Source: Candidatus Tepidifontimicrobium thermophilum (GTDB taxonomy: Bacteria > Sysuimicrobiota > Sysuimicrobiia > Sysuimicrobiales > Sysuimicrobiaceae). From it: 64,000 nucleotides of DNA. Both the position numbers and the translations under genes were made by a program. The stretch spans positions 51,276 to 115,275 of the forward strand of contig JAVKHO010000008.1 of the NCBI GenBank assembly GCA_031459915.1, in the 5' to 3' direction. This document shows, piece after piece, positions 9,041 to 19,600 of this stretch. The notes beneath the pieces are model-generated. The model did no database searches, was not told the origin of the DNA, and saw nothing but the letters and a program-made list of their open reading frames with translations. How positions within the stretch are numbered: the first letter of the stretch is position 1; each line of letters starts with the position of its first letter.

Positions 9041-10147
9041 ATGGCCCGGGTGTTCCTGGAGAACGTAACGAAGCGGTTCGGGAACGTGGTGGCGGTGAAC
9101 CGGGTGACGTTGGAGATCCCGGACCGGCAGTTCACGGTTCTGGTGGGGCCCTCCGGGTGCGGGAAGACCACCTGCCTGCGCCTGATCGCGGGGCTGGAGG
9201 AGGCCACGGAGGGGAACATCTACATCGGAGACCGGTTGGTGAACGACGTCCCGCCCAAGGACCGGGACATCGCCATGGTGTTCCAGAACTACGCCCTGTA
9301 CCCGCACATGACCGTGTACGACAACATGGCCTTCGGGCTGCGGTTGCGGAAGTACCCGAAGGCGGAGATCGACCGGCGGGTCCGGGAGGCGGCCGCCATG
9401 CTGGGCATCGAGAACCTGCTGGACCGGAAGCCGCGGCAGCTGTCGGGCGGGCAGCGGCAGCGGGTGGCGGTGGGCCGGGCCATCGTGCGGGAGCCGCAGG
9501 TGTTCCTCATGGACGAGCCCCTCAGCAACCTGGATGCGGCCCTGCGGGTCCAGACCCGCGCGGAGCTCAAGAAGCTGCACGCGAGGCTGCAGACCACCAC
9601 CGTGTACGTGACCCACGACCAGGTGGAGGCCATGACCATGGGGGACCGCATCGTGGTGATGCGGGACGGGGTGGTGCAGCAGGTGGACAGCCCCATGAAC
9701 CTGTACGAGAAGCCCGCCAACCTGTTCGTGGCGGGCTTCATCGGCAGCCCCTCCATGAACTTCGTGCCGGGCGAGGTCCGTCAGCGGAACGGGACCCTGG
9801 TGTTCGACGCGGGGGCCTGGCAGGTCCCCATCCCCCCCGACCTGCACGAGTACGTGCGGCCGTGGGAGGGACAGCGGGTGATCTTCGGGATCCGGCCAGA
9901 GCACATGGAGGACGTGGCCCTGCGCGACGGACAGCTGCCCCCCTCCTTCGTCACCCTGCGCGCGAAGGTGGAGGTCCACGAGCCCCTGGGTTCCGACGTG
10001 ATCCTGTACCTGGACGCGGGCGGGCACTCCCTGGTAGCCCGGGTGGACGCCCACAGCCAGGCGAAGATGGGGGACGAGGTCACGGTGGCCATGGACCTGC
10101 GGAAGATGCACCTCTTCAACGCGCAGACCCACGAGGCCATCGTGTAG
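9041..10147 (+). CDS. sugar ABC transporter ATP-binding protein (MalK/MsmX/UgpC type)
   Basis: GPSGCGKTT, LSGGQRQR, DEPLSNLD and a C-terminal TOBE region. AAGGAGG SD before ATG 9041. No permease genes adjacent. Confidence 0.95.
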   Translation: MARVFLENVTKRFGNVVAVNRVTLEIPDRQFTVLVGPSGCGKTTCLRLIAGLEEATEGNIYIGDRLVNDVPPKDRDIAMVFQNYALYPHMTVYDNMAFGLRLRKYPKAEIDRRVREAAAMLGIENLLDRKPRQLSGGQRQRVAVGRAIVREPQVFLMDEPLSNLDAALRVQTRAELKKLHARLQTTTVYVTHDQVEAMTMGDRIVVMRDGVVQQVDSPMNLYEKPANLFVAGFIGSPSMNFVPGEVRQRNGTLVFDAGAWQVPIPPDLHEYVRPWEGQRVIFGIRPEHMEDVALRDGQLPPSFVTLRAKVEVHEPLGSDVILYLDAGGHSLVARVDAHSQAKMGDEVTVAMDLRKMHLFNAQTHEAIV

Positions 10148-10151
10148 CCGG

Positions 10152-11021
10152 CTACCCGGACGGCCCCTTGTCCTCCACGGCCTTCTGAGCCAGGTCGCCC
10201 AGGGGTGCCAGCAGCCGCGTGAACTCCATGGGGAACACGAACTTGGTGGCGGGGCTCTCGCCCAGGGCCTTCAGAGCCTCCAGGTACTGCAGCGTCATGG
10301 TCTTGCTGTCCACGTTGCGGGCCACGCTGAAGATCTTGTCCAGGGCCAGGGCGAACCCCTCCGCCCGCAGGATGGCCGCCTGGCGGTCTCCCTCCGCCTT
10401 CAGGATGGCTGCCTGCTTTTCGCCCTCCGCCACCTTGATGGCCGCCTCGCGTTTGCCGTCTGCCTCGGTCACCACCGCCCGGCGGTTGCGCTCCGCGGAC
10501 ATCTGACGGGTCATGGCCTCCTGGACCTCCCGCGGCGGGAGGATCTCCCGGATCTCCACCGCGGTCACCTTTACACCCCACCGCTCGGTCACCTCGTCCA
10601 GCTTGGCCCGCAGCACGTGGTTGATCTGCTCCCGCCGGGCCAGGACGTCGTCCAGGACGATGTCCCCGATCACAGCGCGGAGCGTGGTGGTGGCGATGCC
10701 CCGGGCCGCGCCCGCGAAGTCCGCCACCTGGATCACGGAGGCCTCGGGCTCCACCACCTTCCAGTAGATCAGAAAGTCGATGTTGATGGGCGCATTGTCC
10801 TTGGTGATGCACGTCTGGGAGGGGATCTCCAGGAAAGCCTCCCGCAGGTCCACCCACACGGCGCGGTCCACGAAGGGGATGAGGAAGACGATGCCGGGAC
10901 CCCGCTGGCCCACGGACCGCCCGAACCGGAACACCACCAGCCGCTGGTACTCCCGCACGATCTTCACCGCGGAGTACAGCAGCCACAGGCCGAGGACGGC
11001 GGCCGCTACCAGGTACGTCAT
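10152..11021 (-). CDS. SPFH/band-7 (stomatin-like) membrane protein
   Basis: VREYQRLVVFRFG, PG..FLIPFVD, ITKDN and AERNRRA..AEGEKQA repeats. Confidence 0.93.
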   Translation of the reverse strand: MTYLVAAAVLGLWLLYSAVKIVREYQRLVVFRFGRSVGQRGPGIVFLIPFVDRAVWVDLREAFLEIPSQTCITKDNAPINIDFLIYWKVVEPEASVIQVADFAGAARGIATTTLRAVIGDIVLDDVLARREQINHVLRAKLDEVTERWGVKVTAVEIREILPPREVQEAMTRQMSAERNRRAVVTEADGKREAAIKVAEGEKQAAILKAEGDRQAAILRAEGFALALDKIFSVARNVDSKTMTLQYLEALKALGESPATKFVFPMEFTRLLAPLGDLAQKAVEDKGPSG

Positions 11022-11109
11022 CGTTCACCTCCCGCGGTACGCCCGTGGGTTCGTAGCGTATCTTTGAGCTCGAAGGGCCGGGTTCCTGCAGGGAGTCGGG
11101 AGGTGTGCG

Positions 11110-12051
11110 GTGGCGCAGGCCGCGGTGGCCGTGGACCTGGGCGGGACCTGGATCCGGGCAGGGCGGGTGAGCCCGGCGGGGGCGGTGATGGAGGCGGTGC
11201 GGGTGCCCACACCGCAGACGGGGCCCGAGGCGGTGGCGGACGCCATCGGGGAGCTGGTCCGACGCCTGGGGCCTCTGCCGCCGGGCAGGGTGGGCGTGGC
11301 GGTGCCGGGCCCCCTGAGCGTGCGGGAGGGCGTGGTGTTCGAGCCCCCCAACCTGAAGGGCTGGAGGGACGTTCCCCTGCGCGGGATGCTGGAGGAACGG
11401 CTGGGCCGGCCCGTGGTGCTGGAGAACGACGCCAACGCTGCTGCGGTGGGCGAGTGGTGGTGCGGGGCGGGACGCGGCAGCCGGCACCTGGTGTACGTGA
11501 CGGTCAGCACGGGGGTAGGAGGCGGCTTGGTGCTGGACGGGCGGCTTTACCGGGGGGCCACCGACACCGCGGGGGAGATCGGACACGTGCTGGTGGACCC
11601 GGAAGGACCGGTGTGCTCGTGCGGCCGGCGTGGCCACCTTGAGGGCATCGCCTCAGGCCCTGCCATCGCCCGCTGGGTGCAGGAGCGCATCCGGGAGGGC
11701 CGGCCCAGCGTTCTGGCGACGGGGCGGCCATTTTCCGCGCGGGAGGTGGCCGAGGCCGCGGAGGCCGGCGACGCCCTGGCCCGGGAAGCCTTTGAGAGGG
11801 CCGGAAGGTACCTGGGCTGGACGGTGGCGGGTTTGCTGAACCTGCTCAACCCGGAGGTGGTGGTGATCGGCGGGGGGGTGGCGCGGGCGGGGCGTTGGCT
11901 GTTCGACCCCCTGCGGGAGGCTGCCCGGGAGGCCAGCTTCGAGCGTCCGTGGCAGGCGGCGCGCATCGTGCCCGCAGCGCTGGGAGACCGGGCGGGTTTA
12001 GTGGGAGCCGCGTACGTGGCGATGGAGGAAGGAGGGATCTCTGGTGGCTAG
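11110..12051 (+). CDS. ROK family sugar kinase (glucokinase)
   Basis: VDLGGT, ENDANAA, STGVGGG, GEIGH and [10 protein letters not shown]. Confidence 0.92.
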   Translation: MAQAAVAVDLGGTWIRAGRVSPAGAVMEAVRVPTPQTGPEAVADAIGELVRRLGPLPPGRVGVAVPGPLSVREGVVFEPPNLKGWRDVPLRGMLEERLGRPVVLENDANAAAVGEWWCGAGRGSRHLVYVTVSTGVGGGLVLDGRLYRGATDTAGEIGHVLVDPEGPVCSCGRRGHLEGIASGPAIARWVQERIREGRPSVLATGRPFSAREVAEAAEAGDALAREAFERAGRYLGWTVAGLLNLLNPEVVVIGGGVARAGRWLFDPLREAAREASFERPWQAARIVPAALGDRAGLVGAAYVAMEEGGISGG

Positions 12052-12607
12052 AGTCTCGGTCCGCGTAGGGGGAGGAGTGCTAGAGCTGGTGCAGGGCGAC
12101 ATCACGCGGCAGGCCACCGAAGCCATCGTGAACGCGGCCAACCCGAGCCTGATGGGCGGAGGGGGCGTGGACGGTGCCATCCACAGGGCCGGGGGACCGG
12201 CCATCCTGGAGGAGTGCAAGCAGATCGTGAAGACCCTCCCGGGACGGCGGCTTCCGCCAGGCCAGGCGGTGATCACCACCGGTGGGAACCTGCCGGCCCG
12301 CTACGTGATCCACACCGTGGGGCCCGTGTGGCGGGGCGGCCAGGAGGGAGAGGACGAGGTCCTGGCCAGCGCTTACCGGTCCAGCCTGTTTCTGGCCAAG
12401 GAGAGAGGGCTGCGGTCGGTGGCGTTCCCCTCCATCAGCACCGGGGCGTACGGCTTCCCCGTGGAGCGCGCGGCACGCATCGCGCTGCGCACCCTGCTGG
12501 AGTTCCTGCGGCAACACCCCGGGAGCTTCGACGTGGTGCGCATGGTCCTGTGGAGCCCCCAGGACTTCGAGACGTACCGGCGGGCTCTGGAAGAGCTGGC
12601 GGGCTAG
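12044..12607 (+). CDS. macro-domain O-acetyl-ADP-ribose deacetylase (YmdB-like)
   Basis: [25 protein letters not shown] and [12 protein letters not shown]. Confidence 0.93.
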   Translation: MARVSVRVGGGVLELVQGDITRQATEAIVNAANPSLMGGGGVDGAIHRAGGPAILEECKQIVKTLPGRRLPPGQAVITTGGNLPARYVIHTVGPVWRGGQEGEDEVLASAYRSSLFLAKERGLRSVAFPSISTGAYGFPVERAARIALRTLLEFLRQHPGSFDVVRMVLWSPQDFETYRRALEELAG

Positions 12608-12638
12608 GGGGGCCCGGGGACCCGCCGGCCCCACGCGG

Positions 12639-13829
12639 TCACAGAAGCAGCCGCACGGGGTTCTCCAGCAGGCGCTTCACGTTCACCAGGAACTGGGCGG
12701 CCCCCACCCCGTCGGTCACCCGGTGGTCCGCGGACACCGTAAGCTGCAGCACTGACCGCACCACCACCTGTCCGGATCGCACCACGGGGCGCTCCTGCGC
12801 CCGACCCACGGCCAGGATCCCCGCCTGCGGCGGCTGGATGATGGCCACGAAGTTGACCACGTCGTACATGCCCAGGTTGCTGACCGAGAAGGTGGCACCC
12901 GCGTACTCCTCCTGCCGCAGCCGCCGGGCGTGGGCGCCTTCCACCAGGCGCCGGGCCTCCTTGGCGAGCTGCAGCAGGGGCAGACGGTCCGCGTCCCGCA
13001 GCACGGGGGCGATGAGGCCATCCGGGGTGGCCACCATGATCCCGAGGTGGACGCGGCGGAACCGCCGCAGGGTCCGTTCGTCGACGACCTGGCTGTTGAG
13101 GTCCGGATGCTGTCGCAGGGCCAGGGCGGTCGCCTTGAGAACCAGGTCGTTCACCGTCACCCGCCCTTCTTCGCCCAGGGCTTCCTGCAGCTGCTCCCGC
13201 AGCTCGAGGGCACGGGTGAGGTCCACCTCCGCGGTGACGTAGAAGTGGGGGATTTGCTGCTTGCTGTGGGTGACCACCCGGCTGATGGCCTGGCGCATGC
13301 GGCTCAGGGGGACGTCCTCGTACTCGGCCTCCGCGGGAGCAGGGGCCCTCGTCGCCCGGCTCTCCAGGTAGGCCAGCACGTCGCGCTCCACCACCCGTCC
13401 GCCGGGCCCGGTCCCGCGTACCTGGGCAAGGTCGATGCCGTGCTCGGCCGCGATGCGGCGCGCCAGGGGCGAGGCTTTCACCCGGGGGGGAGCGACCTCC
13501 GTGGGAGGTCCGCTGGGCGCCGGAGCAGGTTCCGCGGCGGGAGCCTGCTCGGGCTGCGCGGCCGGTGAAGGAGCCTGCCGCGCCGCAGCCTCAGCAGGCT
13601 GTCCGTCGATGTACGCGATCACCTGCCCCACGGGCACCACCTGGCCCTCGGGGACCAGGATCTGGAGGATCCCCGAGGCCTCGGCCTCGATCTCCACGTT
13701 CACCTTGTCCGTCTCGATCTCCGCCAAGACCTCGCCCTTCTCCACCCGGTCCCCGTGACGCTTGCGCCACGAGAGGATCTTGCCCTCGGTCATGGCGTCG
13801 CCCATCTTGGGCATGATCACCTCGGCCAT
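12639..13829 (-). CDS. pdhC: 2-oxoacid (pyruvate) dehydrogenase E2 dihydrolipoamide acyltransferase
   Basis: Lipoyl ETDKV, E3-binding KASPLARR..GTGPGGR and catalytic DHRVTDG. Confidence 0.93.
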   Translation of the reverse strand: MAEVIMPKMGDAMTEGKILSWRKRHGDRVEKGEVLAEIETDKVNVEIEAEASGILQILVPEGQVVPVGQVIAYIDGQPAEAAARQAPSPAAQPEQAPAAEPAPAPSGPPTEVAPPRVKASPLARRIAAEHGIDLAQVRGTGPGGRVVERDVLAYLESRATRAPAPAEAEYEDVPLSRMRQAISRVVTHSKQQIPHFYVTAEVDLTRALELREQLQEALGEEGRVTVNDLVLKATALALRQHPDLNSQVVDERTLRRFRRVHLGIMVATPDGLIAPVLRDADRLPLLQLAKEARRLVEGAHARRLRQEEYAGATFSVSNLGMYDVVNFVAIIQPPQAGILAVGRAQERPVVRSGQVVVRSVLQLTVSADHRVTDGVGAAQFLVNVKRLLENPVRLLL

Positions 13830-13844
13830 GCCCACCTCCGGTCG

Positions 13845-14819
13845 CTACTGCAACACCCGTCGGACCGCGCGGGCAATGCGGTCCTCGTCGGGGAACGCGA
13901 GCTTCTCGAGGTTGCGGGCGTAGGGGGCGGGCACGTCCTCCCCGGTGACGCGCTCCACGGGCGCGTCCAGGTCGTCGAAGCACCGTTCGTAGATGCCCGC
14001 AGCCACCTCCGCGGCGGCCCCGAAAAGCGGCCACTGCTCCTGCACTACCACCGCCCGGTGCGTGCGCCGCACCGACTCGGCCACCGTGTCCATGTCGAGG
14101 GGGCGTAGGCTGCGCAGGTCCACCACCTCGCACTCCACACCTTCGCGGGCGAGCTCGTCCGCGGCCGCCAGGGCTAGGTGCAGCATGCGGCTGTACGCCA
14201 CCACAGTGACGTGCCGGCCCGGGCGGACCACCGCGGCTTGGCCGAAGGGGACGGTGTAGTCCCCGTCGGGCACGGGCCCCTTGATCCCGTACAGGGCCGC
14301 GTGCTCGAGGAAGATCACGGGGTCCTCGGACCGGAGGGCGGTGCGCAGCAACCCTTTGGCGTCCGCGGGGGTGGCGGGAGCCACTACCCGCAGGCCGGGG
14401 AAGTGGCCGTAGAAAGACTCCAGGGACTGGGAGTGCTGGGCGGAAAGCTGGACGCCCGCTCCGTTGGGGCCCCGGATGACCAGGGGCACGGAAACCTGCC
14501 CGCCGGAGAAGTAGCGCACCTTGGCGGCGTTCTGCAGGATCTGGTCCGCGGCGGGCAGGGAGAAGTTCCAGGTCATGACCTCCACCACCGGCCGCAGCCC
14601 CAGCAGGGCCATGCCGATGGCGGCGCCAATGAACCCCAGCTCCGAGATGGGGGTGTCGATGACCCGCTTGGGTCCGTAGCGGTCCAGCAGCCCCTCCGTG
14701 ATCCGGAAGGTGCCCTGGTAGACGCCGATGTCCTCGCCCAGGAGCAGCACCCGCGGGTCGCGGTCCATCTCCTCCACCAGGGTGGATCGCAGGGCTTCCC
14801 GGTAGGTCATCTCGGTCAT
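13845..14819 (-). CDS. pdhB: pyruvate dehydrogenase E1 beta subunit
   Basis: MTYREAL, GEDIG, DTPISE, AQHSQ and DLRSLRPLD. Confidence 0.92.
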   Translation of the reverse strand: MTEMTYREALRSTLVEEMDRDPRVLLLGEDIGVYQGTFRITEGLLDRYGPKRVIDTPISELGFIGAAIGMALLGLRPVVEVMTWNFSLPAADQILQNAAKVRYFSGGQVSVPLVIRGPNGAGVQLSAQHSQSLESFYGHFPGLRVVAPATPADAKGLLRTALRSEDPVIFLEHAALYGIKGPVPDGDYTVPFGQAAVVRPGRHVTVVAYSRMLHLALAAADELAREGVECEVVDLRSLRPLDMDTVAESVRRTHRAVVVQEQWPLFGAAAEVAAGIYERCFDDLDAPVERVTGEDVPAPYARNLEKLAFPDEDRIARAVRRVLQ

Positions 14820-14824
14820 GTCCC

Positions 14825-15820
14825 TCACGCCCCGTACACGTCCCGATACAGCTCCTCCGGCGGCGGTTCGGGGCTGGATTCCGCGAAGCTCACCGCTTCC
14901 TGCACCCGTTTTTCCGCCCAGGCCTCCACCTCGCGAACCGCCTCGTCGTCCAGGGCGCCCGCTTCCCGGAGCCGCCGCTCCAGCACGAGGATGGGGTCGC
15001 GTTGCCGCCAGCGTTCCACCTCCTGCTTGGTACGGTAGGGCTGGAACAGGTCCGCGGCGCCGTGGCCGGAGAACCGGTAGGTGAGGGCCTCCACCGCGTA
15101 GGGCCGGCCCGTGCGGCGCACCTCCTCCACGACCCGCCGGGCCACCTCGTAGACGGCTACCACGTCCATCCCGTCGCATCGTTCGTTCGGGATGTCGTAC
15201 GCGTCGAACCGCCGCGCCAGCTCCACCACCGCGGAGGCGCGTTCCACGGAGGTGCCCATCCCGTACTGGTTGTTCTCCACCACGAAGACCACGGGGCACA
15301 GGCCCTCGCGGCCCCACAGCCCCGCCAGGTTGGCGCCCTCGTGGAGGGCTCCGCTGTTCATCGCGCCGTCCCCGAAGAAGCACAGGCACACCCGGTCGGT
15401 CCCCTGGTAGCGGAGCGCGTACGCAGCCCCCACCGCCAGCGGGATGTGTCCCCCCACGATCCCGTAGCCGCCGTAGTTTCCCCGGGCGACGTCGAACAGG
15501 TGCATGGATCCCCCCTTGCCCTTACACGTGCCCCCGAGCTTCCCGTACAGCTCCGCCATCACCGTGCCCGGGTCCGTGCCCCGGACCAGGGTGTGCACGT
15601 GGTCCCGGTACGAGACGAAGAACACGTCGTCCGGACGGATGGCGGACAGAAAGCCCAGGGGGACCGCCTCCTGGCCGATGGCCACGTGCAGGTAGCCTCC
15701 GATCTTCCCGCGCCGGAAGCTCCGCTCCGTCTGCTCCTCGAAGCGACGGCAGAAGACCAGGGTCCGGTACCACTCCAGGAGGGTGTCCACCGGCACGGTT
15801 ATCGGCTCCGCGTGCTGCAT
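14825..15820 (-). CDS. pdhA: pyruvate dehydrogenase E1 alpha subunit
   Basis: GYLH..IGQEA, YRDH, GKGGSMH, TPP motif GDGA..NN and YRFSGH. Confidence 0.92.
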   Translation of the reverse strand: MQHAEPITVPVDTLLEWYRTLVFCRRFEEQTERSFRRGKIGGYLHVAIGQEAVPLGFLSAIRPDDVFFVSYRDHVHTLVRGTDPGTVMAELYGKLGGTCKGKGGSMHLFDVARGNYGGYGIVGGHIPLAVGAAYALRYQGTDRVCLCFFGDGAMNSGALHEGANLAGLWGREGLCPVVFVVENNQYGMGTSVERASAVVELARRFDAYDIPNERCDGMDVVAVYEVARRVVEEVRRTGRPYAVEALTYRFSGHGAADLFQPYRTKQEVERWRQRDPILVLERRLREAGALDDEAVREVEAWAEKRVQEAVSFAESSPEPPPEELYRDVYGA

Positions 15821-15838
15821 GGGTCCTCCCCTCCGTGC

Positions 15839-17206
15839 TCACGACGACCAGCGGCCGAGCTGGCCGAGGTCCACCCGGCGCTGGACGAAGTTCGTGTACA
15901 CCTCGCCGCGCCGGAAGAAGGCGTTGTCCAGGATGGCCCGGTGAAGCGGGAGGGTGGTGCGGATCCCCGTGATCTCGAACTCCCGGAGCGCCCGCTCCAT
16001 GCGGGCGATGGCCTCCATCCGGTCCCGTCCCCAGGCCACCACCTTTGCCACCAGTGAATCATAGTACGGGGGGATCGTGTAGCCCGCGTACACGTGGGTG
16101 TCCACCCGCACCCCGGGGCCGCCGGGCGGCACGAAGGACACCACCCGACCCGGGGACGGGCGGAAGTCCCGCGCGGGGTCCTCCGCGTTGATCCGGCACT
16201 CCAGGGCGTGGCCGCGGAACTCCACCTCCCGCTGGCTGAAGCGGAGGCGCTCTCCCGCGGCGATGCGGATCTGCTCGGCCACCAGGTCCAGGCCCGTGAT
16301 GGCTTCCGTGACGGGGTGCTCCACCTGGATGCGGGTGTTCATCTCCAGGAAATAGAAGTTGTCCTGGCGGTCCACCAGGAACTCCACGGTGCCCGCGTTC
16401 ACGTATCCGATGGTGCGGACCAGGCGCAGGGCCGCACGGTACAGCTGCGCCCGCAGGCGGGGGGATAATCCGGGGGCCGGTGCTTCTTCCAACAGCTTCT
16501 GGTGGCGGCGCTGGATGGAGCACTCCCGGTCGCCGAGGTGGATGGCGTTGCCCCGGCTGTCCGCGAGGACCTGCACCTCCACGTGCCGGGGCTCCTCCAG
16601 GTACTTCTCCAGGTACAGCTCGCCGCTGCCGAAGGCGGCCTCCGCCTCCCGCTGCGCAGTTTGCAGGGCGCGGGCGAGGTCCTCGCGGTTGTGCACCACC
16701 CGCATGCCGCGCCCCCCGCCGCCCGCGGAGGCCTTCACCAGCAGCGGGTAGCCGATGCGGTCGGCGATCTGGTAGGCCTCCCGCTCGTTCCGTACAGGTC
16801 CGGGGCTCCCGGGGACCACGGGGACGCCCGCGCGCTGGGCGATCTCCCGGGCTCGGGCTTTGTTGCCCATGGCCTCGATGGCCTCGGGGGGCGGGCCGAT
16901 GAAGGCGATCCGGGCGTCCCGACAGATCTCCGCGAACCGCGGGTCCTCCGACAGGAAGCCGTAGCCCGGGTGGATGGCGTCCACCCCAAGCAGCTCCGCG
17001 GTGCTCAGGATGTTGGGCACGTTCAGGTAGCTCTCGGAAGCCGGAGGCGGGCCGATGCAGAACGCCTCGTCCGCTAGCCGGACGTGCAGGCTGTCCCGGT
17101 CCGCCTCGGAGTACACGGCCACGGTGCGGATCCCGAGCTCCCGGCACGCCCGGATCACCCGTACCGCGATCTCGCCCCGGTTGGCTACGAGGACCTTCCG
17201 GAACAT
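15839..17206 (-). CDS. accC: acetyl-CoA carboxylase biotin carboxylase
   Basis: [23 protein letters not shown] and [10 protein letters not shown]. Confidence 0.97.
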   Translation of the reverse strand: MFRKVLVANRGEIAVRVIRACRELGIRTVAVYSEADRDSLHVRLADEAFCIGPPPASESYLNVPNILSTAELLGVDAIHPGYGFLSEDPRFAEICRDARIAFIGPPPEAIEAMGNKARAREIAQRAGVPVVPGSPGPVRNEREAYQIADRIGYPLLVKASAGGGGRGMRVVHNREDLARALQTAQREAEAAFGSGELYLEKYLEEPRHVEVQVLADSRGNAIHLGDRECSIQRRHQKLLEEAPAPGLSPRLRAQLYRAALRLVRTIGYVNAGTVEFLVDRQDNFYFLEMNTRIQVEHPVTEAITGLDLVAEQIRIAAGERLRFSQREVEFRGHALECRINAEDPARDFRPSPGRVVSFVPPGGPGVRVDTHVYAGYTIPPYYDSLVAKVVAWGRDRMEAIARMERALREFEITGIRTTLPLHRAILDNAFFRRGEVYTNFVQRRVDLGQLGRWSS

Positions 17207-17215
17207 GCGGGGAGG

Positions 17216-17677
17216 CTACCCTTGAGGGTCGATGAGGAACAGGGGCTGCCCGTACTCCACGGGAGCCCCGTTCTCCGCCAGCACCCGCACCACCCGCCCG
17301 GACACCTCCGCGGGGATCTCGTTGAACATCTTCATCGCCTCGATGATGCACAGGGTCTGGCCAGCTTCCACCCGGTCGCCCTCCTGGACGAAGGGCGGCT
17401 GGTCCGGTCCGGGAGCCCGGTAGAAGGTGCCGACCATGGGCGCGGTGACGGGGACCCAGTGGGGGCTGTGTGCCTCCGGGGCCGGGGCAGCAGGGGCGGG
17501 GGCTGCGGCCGGAGGGTTGACCGGGGTAGGCGGCGCAGTCCCGCGGGGGGCCTTCCGGATGGCCACCCGGAGGTGCCCGGCCTCCACCTCCAGCTCCGTG
17601 ATGTCCGCTTCGCTGGCGATCCGCACCAGCTCGCGGATCTCGTCGAAGTTCAGCGAGGGCCGCTGGTCGTCCGACAT
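17216..17677 (-). CDS. accB: acetyl-CoA carboxylase biotin carboxyl carrier protein
   Basis: APMVGTFYR and the EAMKM biotinylation site. AAAGGAG SD before ATG 17677. Confidence 0.96.
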   Translation of the reverse strand: MSDDQRPSLNFDEIRELVRIASEADITELEVEAGHLRVAIRKAPRGTAPPTPVNPPAAAPAPAAPAPEAHSPHWVPVTAPMVGTFYRAPGPDQPPFVQEGDRVEAGQTLCIIEAMKMFNEIPAEVSGRVVRVLAENGAPVEYGQPLFLIDPQG

Positions 17678-17700
17678 CGGCGCTCCTTTTCGGGGCGGGT

Positions 17701-18690
17701 TCACCAACCGCCTGCCAGCAGGTCCGAGGGGTGAGAGGTGAACCGGCCCATCCGCCGGTACTTATCGTAGCGGCGCCGTAGCCGCTCCTCAGGAGGGACG
17801 GCCTGGACCTCCCGCAGGTGCCGTACCAGCGCCTCGCGCAGGGCCTGGGCGGCGCGTTCCGGGTCCAGGTGGGCGCCCCCTAAGGGCTCCGGGACCACCT
17901 CGTCCACCACGCCGAGCTCCAGGAGGTCCTGCGCGGTGAGTTTGAGGGCTGACGCGGCCTCCTCCTTGCGGGCGGCGTCCCGCCACAGGATGGCGGCGCA
18001 GCCCTCGGGCGGGATCACGGAGTAAATGGCGTACTGCATCATGAGCACCCGGTCTCCGACCCCGATGGCCAGCGCCCCGCCGCTGCCGCCCTCGCCGGTG
18101 ATTGCCACCACCACGGGCGACCGCAGCTGCACCAGGGTCAGGATGCTGCGGGCGATGGCTTCTGCCTGGCCGCGCTCCTCCGCCTCCACGCCCGGGTACG
18201 CCGCGGGAGTGTCCACCAGCGCCACCGCGGGCAACCCCAGTTTGTCCGCCAGGCGCAGGACCCGCGCGGCCTTCCGGTAGCCCTCCGGGTTCGGCATGCC
18301 CCAGCGCCGGTGCACGTTCTCCCGCGTGTCCTTGCCCTTGTGGTGGCCCACCACCACCACCGGCTGGCCGTCCAGGCGCGCGAGCCCGCAGAACATGGCG
18401 GGGTCGTCGCCGAACAGGCGGTCCCCGTGCAGCTCCACCACGTCCGTGAACAGCCTCTGCAGGTAGTCCGCGAGCTTGGGGCGCTGCGGGTGACGGGCGG
18501 CCTGCACCACTTGCCAGGGCGTGGGCTGGCGCCACAGGGCCTCCCGCAGGACCTGCACCCGCTCCCGCAGAGCCTGCAGGCGGGCCTCCAGGTCGGGGAC
18601 GTCGGGACTCGCCGCCTGCAGCTGCGCCAGCTGCTCCTCCAGCTGCTGCAGCTCCCGCTCCTGCTCGCTCCGGTCAGGCGCGGTGGTCAA
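17701..18690 (-). CDS. accA: acetyl-CoA carboxylase carboxyltransferase alpha
   Basis: [24 protein letters not shown] and [10 protein letters not shown]. Confidence 0.96.
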   Translation of the reverse strand: MTTAPDRSEQERELQQLEEQLAQLQAASPDVPDLEARLQALRERVQVLREALWRQPTPWQVVQAARHPQRPKLADYLQRLFTDVVELHGDRLFGDDPAMFCGLARLDGQPVVVVGHHKGKDTRENVHRRWGMPNPEGYRKAARVLRLADKLGLPAVALVDTPAAYPGVEAEERGQAEAIARSILTLVQLRSPVVVAITGEGGSGGALAIGVGDRVLMMQYAIYSVIPPEGCAAILWRDAARKEEAASALKLTAQDLLELGVVDEVVPEPLGGAHLDPERAAQALREALVRHLREVQAVPPEERLRRRYDKYRRMGRFTSHPSDLLAGGW

Positions 18691-19531
18691 CGGTCACCTC
18701 TCCGCCCACGCTCATCAGCCGCAGCAGGCGCGCCACGGTGCGCTTCAGCTCTGACCGGGGCACGATGAGGTCCACGAGCCCGCAGCGCAGGAGGAACTCC
18801 GCGGTCTGGAAGCCCTCGGGGAGCTTCTGCCGGATGGTCTGCTCGATGACGCGGGCGCCCGCGAAGCCGATGAGGGCTCCCGGTTCGGCCACGTGCACGT
18901 CGCCCAGCATCGCGAAGGACGCGGTGACCCCGCCCGTGGTGGGGTCGCACAGAACGGACACGAAGGGCAACCCCGCCGCGTGCAGCCGGCCCACCGAGGC
19001 CACCGTCTTGGCCAGCTGCATGAGGGACAGGACGCCTTCCTGCATCCGGGCTCCGCCACTGGCGCTGCAGGTGACCACGGGAAGCCGGAGCTCCACAGCC
19101 CGCTCGAACGTCCGGGCGACCTTCTCGCCCACCACGGAGCCCATGCTGCCGCCGAGGAACTCGAAGTCCAGCACCGCCACCGCCGCCTCCACACCCTCGA
19201 TGCGGCCGCGGCCGGTGAGCACCGCCTCCCGACGGCCCGTGCGCTGCACCGCCTGACGGTAGCGGTCCGCATACTCCGGGAAGCCCAAAGGGTCTACGGA
19301 GGCGAGCTCCGCGTCCCACTCCTCGAAGGTCCCCTCGTCCACCAGCAGCCGGAGCCGCTCGGGCCCGCTCAGGCGGTGGTGGTAGCCGCACTTGGGACAC
19401 ACCTTCAGGTTGCGTTCCAGCTCCTTGCGGTACACCAGCTGCGCGCACCGGGGACATTTGGCCCACAGTCCCGCGGGGATGTCCCGCCGCTCCACGGACT
19501 CGTACTTGGGACGGCGCAACCAGTTCAACAC
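18674..19531 (-). CDS. accD: acetyl-CoA carboxylase carboxyltransferase beta
   Basis: Zn finger CPRC..CPKC, GGSMGSVVGE, SGGARMQEG and LPEGFQTAEFL. Start estimated. Confidence 0.95.
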   Translation of the reverse strand: MLNWLRRPKYESVERRDIPAGLWAKCPRCAQLVYRKELERNLKVCPKCGYHHRLSGPERLRLLVDEGTFEEWDAELASVDPLGFPEYADRYRQAVQRTGRREAVLTGRGRIEGVEAAVAVLDFEFLGGSMGSVVGEKVARTFERAVELRLPVVTCSASGGARMQEGVLSLMQLAKTVASVGRLHAAGLPFVSVLCDPTTGGVTASFAMLGDVHVAEPGALIGFAGARVIEQTIRQKLPEGFQTAEFLLRCGLVDLIVPRSELKRTVARLLRLMSVGGEVTVDHRA

Positions 19532-19600
19532 GGTTTCGGCTTTTCGGGTCTCCCGGTGCGGAATCCTGCCCGCACAATGGGTCAGGAGGGAGGTGACCGG

